Assembly (NCBI RefSeq): GCF_964229375.1 | Contig: NZ_CAXREH010000155.1 | Coordinates: 384 to 64,383, forward strand | Length of the DNA stretch: 64,000 bases | Direction: 5' to 3' | Source of the DNA: Cognatishimia sp. | GTDB lineage: Bacteria; Pseudomonadota; Alphaproteobacteria; Rhodobacterales; Rhodobacteraceae | In this document: positions 19,187 to 29,471 of the stretch, one piece after another | How the letters are laid out: the number at the start of each line of letters is the position of its first letter | Numbering within the stretch: position 1 is the stretch's first letter | Made by a program: the position numbers and the translations under genes | The notes under the pieces: model-generated | The model's input: the letters and a program-made list of their open reading frames with translations, nothing else | Database searches by the model: none | Told to the model about the DNA's origin: nothing

Positions 19187-19755
19187 GCCCGTCCGGCAGA
19201 GCCTGACAACATATGCGGATCAACGCCAAGCTGCTTAAGCGCCTGCGCCCATTTTTGGTCGTCTTCTTCCACAAACATCAGCGATGACGTCGGATCTGCG
19301 ACAAGCCAGCTGTTGTCCAGAATCTCTTCTTCCAGCTGCCCTGGTCCCCAACCGCTATAGCCCATAGCCAAAAGCGCCAGCTCCGGACCCTTGCCTTGGT
19401 TGATTTCCTCAAGAACGTGCAAGGACGCTGTCATCGAGAATGCATCGGTTACTTTAAGCGTGACGTCTTCTGCACAATAGTCCGAAGAGTGTAACACGAA
19501 CCCCCGTTTGCGTTCGACGGGGCCGCCAAAGTGCAAAGGCAACCTGTGATTGTTTGGTTCCTCACTGCTCTCGTCCGAATCGAGAATCTCGGACAGTTTC
19601 ATAAATCCAAGAAATTTGTTCACGATCAGGCCCATAGCCCCATCTTTGTTGTGAGCACAAATAAACACGACGGAGTGAGAAAAACGCGGGTCTGCCATAC
19701 TGGGCATTGCTATTAAAAGACGACCCGTAAGGTCTGAATATTGATCAATGGCCAC
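19183..19755 (-). CDS. YqgE/AlgH family protein
   Basis: LLIAMP..DPRF.HSVV, GAMGLIVN, FGGPV...RGFVLH, GYSGWGPGQLEEE. Confidence 0.92.
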   Translation of the reverse strand: MAIDQYSDLTGRLLIAMPSMADPRFSHSVVFICAHNKDGAMGLIVNKFLGFMKLSEILDSDESSEEPNNHRLPLHFGGPVERKRGFVLHSSDYCAEDVTLKVTDAFSMTASLHVLEEINQGKGPELALLAMGYSGWGPGQLEEEILDNSWLVADPTSSLMFVEEDDQKWAQALKQLGVDPHMLSGSAGRA

Positions 19756-19906
19756 GAAAATGTCCGAAATTCACAAAGTTAGTAATATCTAGACTGCGCC
19801 TAGATGCGAAAAGGTTCAAGCAGGTTTTATGATAGAATTTGAACATAACAGCCAATCGCTCGAAAGTGAGTTGGCATTTATCATTTACTCGCGCATGTCT
19901 AAACAC

Positions 19907-20728
19907 ATGAAAACCATAACTTACGCCCTCGCCTCTTCTATTTTGTGCACCTTGTCCGCTGCGCCTGTCCTGGCACAGGGATCAGGAATCGACTTGCCAG
20001 ACATCAAAGCCGAGATCGTCCAGGGATGGACACGGTCGGACGGCAAGATGGTCGGCGCGTTGCAGATTTCGCTGGATGGCGGGTGGAAAACCTATTGGCG
20101 CACGCCTGGCGACGGTGGCATCCCACCGCGCATGGATTGGTCCAACTCGCGCAACCTCGATGGGATCGACGCGCTTTGGCCGGCGCCGACAGTCTTCGTC
20201 GAAAACGGCATGACGTCTTATGGGTTTGTCGACGAATTGCTTTTACCGCTGGTCGTGACGCCCCGCAAAAGCGGGCGCGATGTCGAACTGACCGGCTTTT
20301 TGCAGATTGGTGTCTGCAAGGAAATCTGCATCCCCTATGCGCTTGATGTGTCCGGTGCGCTTGCAGCAGGCGAAACCGCGATCGCTGCGCCGATTGCGGC
20401 GGCCATGGCAGAGCGTCCGTTCTCGGCCCGCGAAGCGCGCGTTAGCGATGTATCCTGCCGCATTGCCCCAACCGACGACGGGATGATGGTAAGTGCGACC
20501 ATCGACATGCCTTCGGCGGGTGGTCGCGAGTATGCGGTGATTGAAACCGGCAACCCCGAACTTTGGGTGCAAGAAGCAACCGTCTCGCGCAGCGGTGGCG
20601 AATTGACGGTTGCCAGCAACGTGCTCCACGTCGAAGAGGCGCCCTTTTTCCTTCAGCGCAGCGATATGACGATCACCGTTATCGGCACGGACTACGCGGT
20701 CGAGATCAACGGCTGTCAGGCGGGCTGA
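19907..20728 (+). CDS. Periplasmic DsbD N-terminal-domain (DsbD-alpha-like) protein
   Basis: Signal peptide; GWKTYWRTPGDGGIPP and CKEIC motifs; start could also be 19895. Confidence 0.85.
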   Translation: MKTITYALASSILCTLSAAPVLAQGSGIDLPDIKAEIVQGWTRSDGKMVGALQISLDGGWKTYWRTPGDGGIPPRMDWSNSRNLDGIDALWPAPTVFVENGMTSYGFVDELLLPLVVTPRKSGRDVELTGFLQIGVCKEICIPYALDVSGALAAGETAIAAPIAAAMAERPFSAREARVSDVSCRIAPTDDGMMVSATIDMPSAGGREYAVIETGNPELWVQEATVSRSGGELTVASNVLHVEEAPFFLQRSDMTITVIGTDYAVEINGCQAG

Positions 20729-23700
20729 GCCCGCCGTCTGCGCAGCCACAACGACACACCGGCTGCGCAATAGCTGACCAAGATCAGCACCAGCACACCC
20801 AGCAGGAACAGACCAAGCGCGACGGAATCACCCTCGGCGGAAACCACGTCAGGCAGGGCATTCGCGACCACCGGATGCAGGCTGCCATAAAGCAGAGACC
20901 ACCCCAATGTCAGTGCCAGCCACCCTGCAATCACAAGCGACAAAGGCAGCATCACCACCTGCATCGCACGCGCCTTCAACGCATGGCGAAGCGCTGTGAA
21001 CTGGCGCGAAACATCTTGCTGCATCGCCAAGAGCGCCGGCACAACCAGCAACACCAAGAGCACACCAAACCCAAGACCGTAGACCAATGTAATCACCGTC
21101 GGCTTCAGGAACTGCGCCTGTACCGAGCGTTCAAACAACAGTGGAGTCAGACCCAGAACGGTGGTCAGCGTCGTCAGCATCACAGGGCGCAGACGATCCG
21201 CCGTGCCCTCGATGATAGACGGCACCAGACCGCGTTCTTTGGCGTGTTCATCGATCGTGGTCACCAGAACAATCGAGTCGTTGATGATGATCCCGGTCAT
21301 CCCCAACAGGCCAACCACGGTGAACATCGACAGCGGGACATCCCAATAGTTATGTCCCCAGATCGTCCCAACCAGACCAAACGGAATGATTGCCATGACA
21401 ACGATGGGTCGCGTCCAACTGCTGAACACCCAGGCAAGAACCAGATAAATCGCTGACAAACACAGGATCAGGCCCGTTCGGGCATCATTCAGGAATTCGT
21501 TTTCCTGCTCGGCCAGTCCAGACAGGCGCCATTCCACCTGCTGAAGGCTTGCAATCTCTGGCAGGATTTCCTCTTGCAGCGCGCGCTGGATTTCTGTGGC
21601 GCGGTCTGCATTGTCCTCAGAGATATCTCCTGTGACGGAAATCACCCGAATGCCGTTTTCGCGCCGCACCGTAGAGAAGCCGGTGCGCCGGTCGACACTG
21701 ACGATATCGGCCAGCGGAACATAGTTGCCCGTTGGGGTCCGCATCATCGAACGTTCCAAAAAGTCTGACGTCAGCTCGCCATCGGGCAGTTCGATCTGGA
21801 TCGAAGCCGTGCGCACGCCATCCGGATAGGTCGCCGCCTCAAGGCCATTCAGTCGGTGCCTGAGGACACGGCCAAGACCATCGATGGTAAAGCCCAGCGC
21901 CTGCCCCTGCGGGGTTAGTTCCAGGATCAGCTCTTCCTTGTCATAGGGCAAAGTATCCTGAACCGCAGAGACCTCTGGATAGCGCAGCAATGCTGTTTGC
22001 AACTGCTCGGACGCAGCTTTCAGCGTCTCGGCGTCGGCACCGTAAAACAGCACGTCTAGCGCGTCGCCACCGGGCCCAGAACGCCATCCTCTAAAGCTGA
22101 TGGTCTCGGCAAGCGGGTGCCGGTTCACGCGATCCTGAAGGTCTGCAACGAAGGCAAAACTGGAATAAGGCCGCAAGTCCGCGTCAATCAATTCGATCGA
22201 AATCGCGCCCAGCTGATCTGCCGTGCGCTGGTCAGCCCCCGCCAACCCGCGCCCGGAATTCCCGCCCACCTCTGCAATCACAAAGGCCAGTGGGTTGCGA
22301 CCGTGGCGCTCTTCGTATTCCTTGCCAATCTCTTCGGTTGCGCGCTGCATTTCGCGCATCATGGCCAACGAGTCCTCGCGGGTCGCATCCGAAGACATCA
22401 GGAAGTTGCCAGTAACAGACCCGCGTTCCGGCGCATTGAAGAACCGCCATTGAACGTCGCCCGTCATGAACACGCTGATCTGCGTCGCCAGAAGGGTAAT
22501 CGTGCCGGCCAGAACCGGATAGCGCGCCCAGATCACCAGCGCCATAAAGCGGCGAAACACCCGGTCGCGGAACCAACGGAACCCCGCGTTCACGACGCGG
22601 CTGGGCATATCGTACCAATGTTCTTTCGCACTATGCGCCAAGGCGTGACGCATGTGGTTGGGCAGACTACGGAAGCATTCCACCAATGAGGCCAACAGCA
22701 CCACGATGACGGTGAACGGGATGTCGATGATCAAGTCTCCGAACCGACCGCCGACAGCCGTCAGACCAAAGAACGCGATGATCGTGGTCAGCGTGGCCGC
22801 AAACACCGGCATGAACATACGTTTTGCAGCATTTTCCGCAGCAACCGCCGGAGCCTCGCCCATGCGCCGCGCGCGCGCATCGGCGTGTTCGCCCACCACA
22901 ATGGCATCATCCACCACAATCCCAAGCGTGATAATCAATCCAAACAGCGAGATCATGTTCAACGTGATCCCCGCCGCATACATCAGCGCAACGGCAGCAC
23001 AGAGCGCCACCGGAATGCCAGCCGCAACCCAAAAGGCGATGCGCGCGTTCAGGAACAGGAACAACAGCATCAAAACCAGGCCAAGCCCCATCAACGCGTT
23101 GTCCAAAAGCAGCGCGATCCGGCCGCTGATGGCTTCGGCGCGGGTCCGGATCAACTCGATGCTGGCCCCTTGTGGCAACGTCGCCTGAAGCGCATCCGCA
23201 ACCTCTTGCACCTGTGCCTGAATGGCGATGGCGTCGCCTTTTTCAGACCGGTCAACCCGCACGGAAATCGCCGCGAGATCACCCACAAAGTAGCTGCGAG
23301 AGCGATCTGCCCCCTCGACAATCACCGTGCCGAGGTCGCCGACTGTCAACGACGAGCCGTCTGCATTGCTGCGCAGAACGATATCGGAAATCTGTGCCGC
23401 GCTGCGTTTCGCAACCCCTGTCCGCACCCGAGCGTTTGCGCCTGCCACGTCGCCCGCGGGATCCGCGTCGACCTCTTGCGCAATCGCGGATGCGATCTGT
23501 TGCATTGTGATGTCATGGGTAATCAGATTGGCGGAGGGAACTTCGATAATGGTCCGCGGGGCGGCAACACCGCGGATCGTGGTCCGTGTCACACCTTCGG
23601 CAAACAGGCGGGTAACGAATTCATCTGCAAAACGCCCCAGTTGTTCCGCCTGCAACGGGCCGCTGATGACAACATCGGTCACACGATCCCGCCATGCGCC

Positions 23701-24114
23701 GCGCCGCACATTGGGATCATCGGCGTCCTCTGGCAGCGTGCTGATAGCGTCCACAGACGTCTGCACATCATCTGCGGCGCGCGCCATGTCCCAGCCGGGT
23801 TCAAAGTCCATGGTTATGGTGGCCCGCCCCTCAGTCGAGCGCGCCTCGGTGCTTTCCACACCTTCGACACTCAGCAATACGGGTTCCAGCACCTGAACAA
23901 TGGCGCTGTCGACGTCTTCGGCTCCGGCCCCGTCCCAGCCTACAGAAACTGTGACATTGTCGATGATCACGTCCGGAAAAAACTGCGCCCGCATCTGGGG
24001 CGCAGCAGACAGCCCCGCCATGACCAGAATGACCAGCAACAGGTTGGCCGCGGTTCCGTGGCGCACAAAATAAGACAGAATGCCCTTGGCAGAGTCAGCT
24101 ACGCGAGATGCCAT
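20716..24114 (-). CDS. RND efflux permease (AcrB/AcrD/AcrF family)
   Basis: 1132 aa; GIVVDDAIVVGE, GIIINDSIVL, RLRPVMLTTLTT. Confidence 0.95.
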   Translation of the reverse strand: MASRVADSAKGILSYFVRHGTAANLLLVILVMAGLSAAPQMRAQFFPDVIIDNVTVSVGWDGAGAEDVDSAIVQVLEPVLLSVEGVESTEARSTEGRATITMDFEPGWDMARAADDVQTSVDAISTLPEDADDPNVRRGAWRDRVTDVVISGPLQAEQLGRFADEFVTRLFAEGVTRTTIRGVAAPRTIIEVPSANLITHDITMQQIASAIAQEVDADPAGDVAGANARVRTGVAKRSAAQISDIVLRSNADGSSLTVGDLGTVIVEGADRSRSYFVGDLAAISVRVDRSEKGDAIAIQAQVQEVADALQATLPQGASIELIRTRAEAISGRIALLLDNALMGLGLVLMLLFLFLNARIAFWVAAGIPVALCAAVALMYAAGITLNMISLFGLIITLGIVVDDAIVVGEHADARARRMGEAPAVAAENAAKRMFMPVFAATLTTIIAFFGLTAVGGRFGDLIIDIPFTVIVVLLASLVECFRSLPNHMRHALAHSAKEHWYDMPSRVVNAGFRWFRDRVFRRFMALVIWARYPVLAGTITLLATQISVFMTGDVQWRFFNAPERGSVTGNFLMSSDATREDSLAMMREMQRATEEIGKEYEERHGRNPLAFVIAEVGGNSGRGLAGADQRTADQLGAISIELIDADLRPYSSFAFVADLQDRVNRHPLAETISFRGWRSGPGGDALDVLFYGADAETLKAASEQLQTALLRYPEVSAVQDTLPYDKEELILELTPQGQALGFTIDGLGRVLRHRLNGLEAATYPDGVRTASIQIELPDGELTSDFLERSMMRTPTGNYVPLADIVSVDRRTGFSTVRRENGIRVISVTGDISEDNADRATEIQRALQEEILPEIASLQQVEWRLSGLAEQENEFLNDARTGLILCLSAIYLVLAWVFSSWTRPIVVMAIIPFGLVGTIWGHNYWDVPLSMFTVVGLLGMTGIIINDSIVLVTTIDEHAKERGLVPSIIEGTADRLRPVMLTTLTTVLGLTPLLFERSVQAQFLKPTVITLVYGLGFGVLLVLLVVPALLAMQQDVSRQFTALRHALKARAMQVVMLPLSLVIAGWLALTLGWSLLYGSLHPVVANALPDVVSAEGDSVALGLFLLGVLVLILVSYCAAGVSLWLRRRRAQPA

Positions 24115-24117
24115 GGT

Positions 24118-25578
24118 TTATCCCCCCATCCGCTGTTCAAGGCGGTTGACCAGCCGGACAGGGACTTCGGTGCCTTGCAGCTGACCCAGTACCCGCTGTT
24201 TGGCTTCGGCTGGCATCCGGTTGTTGGCTTCGATAAAGGCCACCAGTTTCGCACGACGTTCTTCAGTCAGGGACACCATTTCAGGCGCATCGGGCACTTC
24301 GATCTTGGCCCCCTCGCGGATCGGCTTCACACGAATGCCGACGCCCAGCACCGGCGACAGGCGGGCAACGACCTCGCGACCGCCCAGTTCACGGCCCCGG
24401 ACAATAATCTGATCGTCCTGACGGCGCAGCAGCCGCACTGGCAATGCCTCCAGCCGGTCCTCCTCGCCAAGCACAAGCACCTCGCCCTGTGGCGTCAGCG
24501 CGGACGACGGAATGGAAATCACACCATTAAGCACCGGTTCCTGCACCGAGACTTTAACGAAATCATCCGGTTTAAGTCCACGCGGTGCATCCAGAGTTGC
24601 AAAGACCAGACGTCCGGTCTGTCCTTCACCGACGGCCGCGCTGTCGCGGCTGATTTTCCCGCTGGCGGTCAGATCAATGCCGCTGACGTTCAATGCTACG
24701 GTGACATCGGCGTCACGCAGACGACCCGACTCATCCAAAAGCCGCGCGTATTGCGCAGTCGAGACCCGGAACGCCACTTCGAGCGCGTTGGGGTCGATCA
24801 ACTGGGCAATGCGTTCATTTGCCGTGACCAACCCGCCAGTCACGGCGGTCACCTCGGCCAGGGTGCCGGTGAAATCGGCTGTGATCTGGCGATCCATCAG
24901 ATTGCGTTCGGCTTCTGATACGGCCAGTCCGGCCCGTTCCAGCGACGTTGCGGCCTGATCCACGCGAGCTTCGGCATTGGCCAGCGATTGGCGACGCGAC
25001 AAGGTGGCCTGACGCGCCGAGGCCAGATTGAGTTCGGCGGCCTCAATCGCGGCGGCGGTTCCGACGCCGCGCGCTTCAAGATCTTGCTGGCGGGCAAGCG
25101 CTTTGATACGCAGGTCGGCTTGTTCGATCGCAGCAGCAACATCATCCTGCGCCAAAAGCAGGCCACGGTCCGCGTCGCGCACTTCGGCCTCGGCCTCGCG
25201 CCACTCGGTTCGCGCGCGGGCCAGCGCATCGCGCGCATCCGCATCATCAATCCGCAGCAAAAGATCCCCTGCGGAGACCTGCCCGCCCTCTTGGAAATTC
25301 TCGGAAAGCTCGACGATGGATCCGCCCGCCGCGGCCCGCAGCTCCAATGTACGACGGCTTTGGATTTCGCCGAAAACCGTCAGCACAGGCGCGATATCTG
25401 CAGGTACGGCCGGAACGACATTCACGGTGAACACACGCTCACGTTGCGGAGGCGTGCGCGGTTCCTGCGCCATGCGTTCTTGCACCGCACCCCGGATCAA
25501 ATTTCCAGCCATCATCAACAGCGCCACTGTCAAACTCAGCAGAAACAGCCCCGCCAGACTTTGTCTCAGAAATCGCAT
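24118..25578 (-). CDS. RND periplasmic adaptor (membrane fusion protein)
   Basis: N-terminal TM anchor, lipoyl half-motif EGGQVSAGDLLLRID, long coiled coil; 3 bp upstream of the permease. Confidence 0.92.
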   Translation of the reverse strand: MRFLRQSLAGLFLLSLTVALLMMAGNLIRGAVQERMAQEPRTPPQRERVFTVNVVPAVPADIAPVLTVFGEIQSRRTLELRAAAGGSIVELSENFQEGGQVSAGDLLLRIDDADARDALARARTEWREAEAEVRDADRGLLLAQDDVAAAIEQADLRIKALARQQDLEARGVGTAAAIEAAELNLASARQATLSRRQSLANAEARVDQAATSLERAGLAVSEAERNLMDRQITADFTGTLAEVTAVTGGLVTANERIAQLIDPNALEVAFRVSTAQYARLLDESGRLRDADVTVALNVSGIDLTASGKISRDSAAVGEGQTGRLVFATLDAPRGLKPDDFVKVSVQEPVLNGVISIPSSALTPQGEVLVLGEEDRLEALPVRLLRRQDDQIIVRGRELGGREVVARLSPVLGVGIRVKPIREGAKIEVPDAPEMVSLTEERRAKLVAFIEANNRMPAEAKQRVLGQLQGTEVPVRLVNRLEQRMGG

Positions 25579-25767
25579 CGCTCACCTTCCCTAAACGGCT
25601 ATCTCGTTCAAACGGCAATATTTTATCGCGCAAATGCGGCGCACATTCCAATCACCCATAGGTTATACGGTCGTGGTCGGAGTTTCCGTCACAATTAAAT
25701 GAAAAAACTAGGTGTCCTGGGTAAATTTCAAGAAAAAATCGATTTTTTCGAGAAATGTGGCGCAGAT

Positions 25768-26316
25768 TTATCCTTTGGTCCGCGCCAAATGCTCGTCGAG
25801 CCGCGGCAAGATCTCCACAAAGTTGCAAGGCATGTGACGGTAATCAAGCTGATATTTCAGGATCTCATCCCAGGCATCTTTACAGGCCCCTGTGCTGCCC
25901 GGCAGCGCAAAAAGATAGGTGCCCATGGCCACGCCACCCGTGGCGCGGCTTTGGACAGCCGATGTGCCAATCTTTTGCATCGAGACGATGGTAAACACGG
26001 TGCCAAAGGCGTCGATTTCTTTTTCATAGACATCGCGGTGCGCCTCGACCGTCACATCGCGTCCGGTCAGGCCGGTGCCGCCGGTCGAAATCACCACGTC
26101 GATGTCCTTGCGTGCGCACCAGTTGCGCAATTGCTCGGCTATCTCGGCGCGTTCGTCTTTCAGGATCATCCGATCCGCAATATTGTGGCCTGCCTCTTCG
26201 ATCCGCTTCACCAATGTGTCGCCGCTTTTGTCTTCAGCAAGGCCACGGGTGTCGCTGACGGTCAGAACCGCGATGTTAACCGGAATGAAGGGGCGGCTGT
26301 CGTCGATACGGCTCAT
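25768..26316 (-). CDS. moaB: Molybdenum cofactor biosynthesis protein B
   Basis: IAVLTVSDTR, DKSG, STGGTGLTGRDVT, QSRA, LPGS. Confidence 0.95.
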   Translation of the reverse strand: MSRIDDSRPFIPVNIAVLTVSDTRGLAEDKSGDTLVKRIEEAGHNIADRMILKDERAEIAEQLRNWCARKDIDVVISTGGTGLTGRDVTVEAHRDVYEKEIDAFGTVFTIVSMQKIGTSAVQSRATGGVAMGTYLFALPGSTGACKDAWDEILKYQLDYRHMPCNFVEILPRLDEHLARTKG

Positions 26317-26933
26317 CAGTTTTTCTCCAGAATAGCCAGACGCAACGCCAGCGCCGTAAAGATCGTTGCAGTGACATATCCAATGCCACGCTGGAATTTC
26401 TGCGAGCCCGCAAGCCTTTGGCCCAGCCCGCTGGCAAAGGCCCCCACGAGGCCGTTGATGATGAAACCGCCCGTGGCAATGATACCGCCAAACATCAGAA
26501 ACTGCAGAAAGACGCTGCCGGCAGAAGGGTCAACGAATTGCGGCACAAAGGCCAAGACAAACAGGATCACCTTTGGATTGCTGAGGTTCACGATCAGCCC
26601 TTGTTGAAACGCCTGGCGCGTGGTCAGGCGCACCGAGTCCGCATCCTGTGCGCTGCTGCGCAATGCTGTCGCAGCCAGATACAACAGATAGGCCACGCCC
26701 ACCCAGCGGATCACATCAAAGACCCAGGGAAAGGCCGCAAGAAGCGCGCCAAGCCCAAGCCCTGCGATACAGACATGAATGATTGAACCGGTTGAAATAC
26801 CCGCACTTGCAGCGAAGGCTTGTTTGGTGCCCGAACGAAGCCCCTGCCCCAAACAGAACAGCATATCCGCGCCCGGCGTCAGGTTCAGTGCCATTGCGGC
26901 GGGCACAAAGGCCAACAACAGATACAGGTCCAC
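26316..26933 (-). CDS. LysE/RhtB family translocator
   Basis: LTPGADM, GVAYLLYL, FQQGLIVNLSNPKVILF. Confidence 0.92.
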   Translation of the reverse strand: MDLYLLLAFVPAAMALNLTPGADMLFCLGQGLRSGTKQAFAASAGISTGSIIHVCIAGLGLGALLAAFPWVFDVIRWVGVAYLLYLAATALRSSAQDADSVRLTTRQAFQQGLIVNLSNPKVILFVLAFVPQFVDPSAGSVFLQFLMFGGIIATGGFIINGLVGAFASGLGQRLAGSQKFQRGIGYVTATIFTALALRLAILEKN

Positions 26934-26936
26934 TCT

Positions 26937-27713
26937 TTATCCTTTGCCGTTCAGTCGAGATTTCAGATCGAGCAGATCCGCCCAGGCCTCGCGTTTCAGA
27001 ACCGGGTTTCGCATCAGCGCGTCGGGGTGATACATCGGCAGAGCCGGTTTGCCGAAGGCCTCGACCCAGTGCCCGCGCAGACGCGAAACTCCGCGTTTGC
27101 CCAGCACGCCCTGACAGGCAATATTGCCCATCAGCACCAGTATGTCGGGGTTCGCCAGTTCGACATGACGCGCCACGAAGGGCATCATCATCGCGATCTC
27201 GTCAGCCTTCGGGTCGCGGTTTTGCGGTGGTCGCCAGGGCAGAATATTGGTCACATAGACCGAGGACTCAGCCTCTGAGCCATCCCGCGACAGATCAATC
27301 GCCGCAAACATCCGGTCAAACAGCTGACCGACGCGGCCAACAAACGGCCGCCCTTCGCGATCCTCGTCCCGCCCCGGAGCCTCTCCGATAATCATCACCT
27401 TTGCCGCCGGATTGCCGTCAGCAAACACCATCGAGCGCGCACCGCGACGCAAGTCGCAATGTTCAAACTGCGCCAAAGTCGCCTTAAGCGCCGCAAGATC
27501 GCCTGCGCCCTGTGCCTGGGTTTTGGCAACCTGAACCGGATCTATCTTGGGCTTTTTGATCGGAGCGATGGGCGCATCGGCCTTGGGTTTTGGCTTTTGT
27601 GCAGGGGTTTCATAGCGGTTCACCGGCGCATCCAAGATCGCCTCGGTCGCGCCAAGCTCGATTTGCCACTCAAGGAGTGCACGGGCCGTATGATAGTCCA
27701 TCGCTGATTCCAT
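26937..27713 (-). CDS. Uracil-DNA glycosylase (family 4-like)
   Basis: [29 protein letters not shown]; start set at ATG 27713 (MESAMD). Confidence 0.92.
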   Translation of the reverse strand: MESAMDYHTARALLEWQIELGATEAILDAPVNRYETPAQKPKPKADAPIAPIKKPKIDPVQVAKTQAQGAGDLAALKATLAQFEHCDLRRGARSMVFADGNPAAKVMIIGEAPGRDEDREGRPFVGRVGQLFDRMFAAIDLSRDGSEAESSVYVTNILPWRPPQNRDPKADEIAMMMPFVARHVELANPDILVLMGNIACQGVLGKRGVSRLRGHWVEAFGKPALPMYHPDALMRNPVLKREAWADLLDLKSRLNGKG

Positions 27714-27795
27714 ACCCCGGAGCCTATCTGCTGACGCGCCCGGCGAAAACCACATAAGCTGTGCCGCTTTGAGCAAGCCATCGCGCCTCCGGCGG

Positions 27796-27816
27796 GGATA
27801 TTTTTGGCAAGAGAAA
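27796..27816 (+). repeat. Dispersed 21-bp intergenic repeat, copy 1
   Basis: GGATATTTTTGGCAAGAGAAA, 20/21 identical to 54497-54517. Confidence 0.75.
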
Positions 27817-27885
27817 AACAGGGTGGCTTGTCGCACCGCCCCGAGGTTTCTATAAGCGGCGCAGATCATCACAAGGGAGCCCGCC

Positions 27886-28842
27886 ATGAGTTTTCGCCAA
27901 AAGCATCTTTTGGGGATCGAGGCATTGCGGCCTGACGAGATTACCACGGTTCTGGATCTGGCGGATCAGTATGTCGATCTGAACCGCAAGGACGTCAAAC
28001 ATTCGGACGCGCTGACCGGGCTGACCCAAATCAATATGTTCTTTGAGAACTCCACCCGCACGCAGGCCAGCTTTGAGTTGGCGGGCAAGCGTCTGGGTGC
28101 GGATGTGATGAATATGGCGATGCAAGCCAGCTCGATCAAAAAAGGGGAAACCCTGATCGATACAGCGATGACCCTGAATGCGATGCATCCGGACCTGTTG
28201 GTGGTGCGTCACCCGCATTCCGGCGCGGTGGACCTTTTGGCGCAGAAAGTAAACTGCGCGGTGCTGAACGCTGGAGATGGGCGGCATGAGCACCCGACGC
28301 AGGCGTTGTTGGATGCTTTGACGATCCGTCGCGCGAAAGGACGACTTCATCGGTTGAACATCGCAATCTGTGGCGACATCGCGCATAGTCGAGTGGCGCG
28401 CAGCAATCTGATTTTGCTTGGCAAAATGGAAAACCGTGTGCGTCTGGTGGGGCCACCGACCTTGATGCCCAGCCAGATCTCTGAGTTTGGCGTCGAAGTC
28501 TATGAGGACATGGCCGAGGGACTGAAAGATGTCGACGTGGTTATGATGCTGAGGCTTCAGCGCGAGCGGATGGATGGCGGGTTTATTCCCTCTGAACGCG
28601 AATATTACCACCGCTATGGGCTGGATGCCGCCAAGTTGCGCCATGCCAAAGACGACGCGATTGTGATGCATCCGGGTCCGATGAACCGGGGCGTGGAAAT
28701 TGACGGTGACATCGCAGATGACATCAACAGGTCTGTCATTCAGGAACAGGTCGAAATGGGTGTCGCCGTGCGCATGGCGGCGATGGACCTGCTGGCGCGC
28801 AACCTGCGTGCGGCGCGGGCCAATAGATCTGTAGAGGTGTGA
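27886..28842 (+). CDS. pyrB: Aspartate carbamoyltransferase catalytic subunit
   Basis: [48 protein letters not shown]. Confidence 0.97.
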   Translation: MSFRQKHLLGIEALRPDEITTVLDLADQYVDLNRKDVKHSDALTGLTQINMFFENSTRTQASFELAGKRLGADVMNMAMQASSIKKGETLIDTAMTLNAMHPDLLVVRHPHSGAVDLLAQKVNCAVLNAGDGRHEHPTQALLDALTIRRAKGRLHRLNIAICGDIAHSRVARSNLILLGKMENRVRLVGPPTLMPSQISEFGVEVYEDMAEGLKDVDVVMMLRLQRERMDGGFIPSEREYYHRYGLDAAKLRHAKDDAIVMHPGPMNRGVEIDGDIADDINRSVIQEQVEMGVAVRMAAMDLLARNLRAARANRSVEV

Positions 28843-28843
28843 G

Positions 28844-28945
28844 ATGGAAGATCCGAAAGACCCGAAAATGAGCGGTCGTGTGGCCACCGTTGCTTTGCTG
28901 GTGATGTTTGCTGTGGTGGGCCTGATGGTCTGGGTGGCAGGCTAG
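28844..28945 (+). CDS. Putative 33-aa single-TM small protein
   Basis: GAGGT RBS, ATG 1 nt after the pyrB stop; MEDPKDPKMSGRVATVALLVMFAVVGLMVWVAG. Confidence 0.5.
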   Translation: MEDPKDPKMSGRVATVALLVMFAVVGLMVWVAG

Positions 28946-28972
28946 GTCGGCAGAGCAGGCTAGGTCGGCAGA
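28937..28972. repeat. Perfect 18-bp tandem duplication
   Basis: GCAGGCTAGGTCGGCAGA x2 (28937-28954, 28955-28972). Confidence 0.95.
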
Positions 28973-28973
28973 C

Positions 28974-29471
28974 ATGGCGCAGACGCGCGATATTGGCCTG
29001 AAGGCCCTCCGCGATCAGGGATTTGATCTGCACGGAGGCGAAGAGGTGCAGGACGTGTTTCAGACCCGCTTTCTGTCGTTCATGCAGCGCAGTCTGGTGA
29101 TTGGTATTCTGACCACGCTGGGGTTTGGGCTGGTGCCGGGCTTGTCCATCAGCTTTGCGATGCAGGTGGGTTTGGCTCTGATGATTGTTGTGGTCTGGTT
29201 CTTTGTGTTTGACGAATGGCAAGAATGGCGCGACCGGGGCGCTGACGTCTGGATTTTGACCAATCACCGGCTGATCCTGATCAACCCGCGCGAGGACGTC
29301 AGTGCCAGTTGGTGGAACCTGAGCGATATCCACTCTGTGCGGCGCGTGTTTTGGTGGGCCCTGCTCGTCAGAGCGCGCGACGGGCGGGCAACGCTGATGC
29401 GGTATGTGGGCCCTCTGAGCGACGTGCGTGCGCGTATCCTGGCGGCAAAAGAAGGCGCGCAAAATGTCTGA
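28974..29471 (+). CDS. Hypothetical membrane protein (2 TM plus bacterial PH-like domain)
   Basis: Two hydrophobic helices followed by WILTNHRLIL, similar to the YxxTxxRxI pattern of bPH domains. Confidence 0.65.
   Translation: MAQTRDIGLKALRDQGFDLHGGEEVQDVFQTRFLSFMQRSLVIGILTTLGFGLVPGLSISFAMQVGLALMIVVVWFFVFDEWQEWRDRGADVWILTNHRLILINPREDVSASWWNLSDIHSVRRVFWWALLVRARDGRATLMRYVGPLSDVRARILAAKEGAQNV

Noticed and set aside
19183-19900. Lower-GC stretch around yqgE as a horizontally acquired island
   Set aside because: It is a conserved core gene plus its divergent promoter, with no mobility genes or boundary repeats.
22885-24918. Long antisense ORFs (677 aa here; also 815-1900, 16455-17711, 42718-44199)
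   Set aside because: Shadow frames opposite well-supported genes in GC-rich DNA, with no protein motifs.
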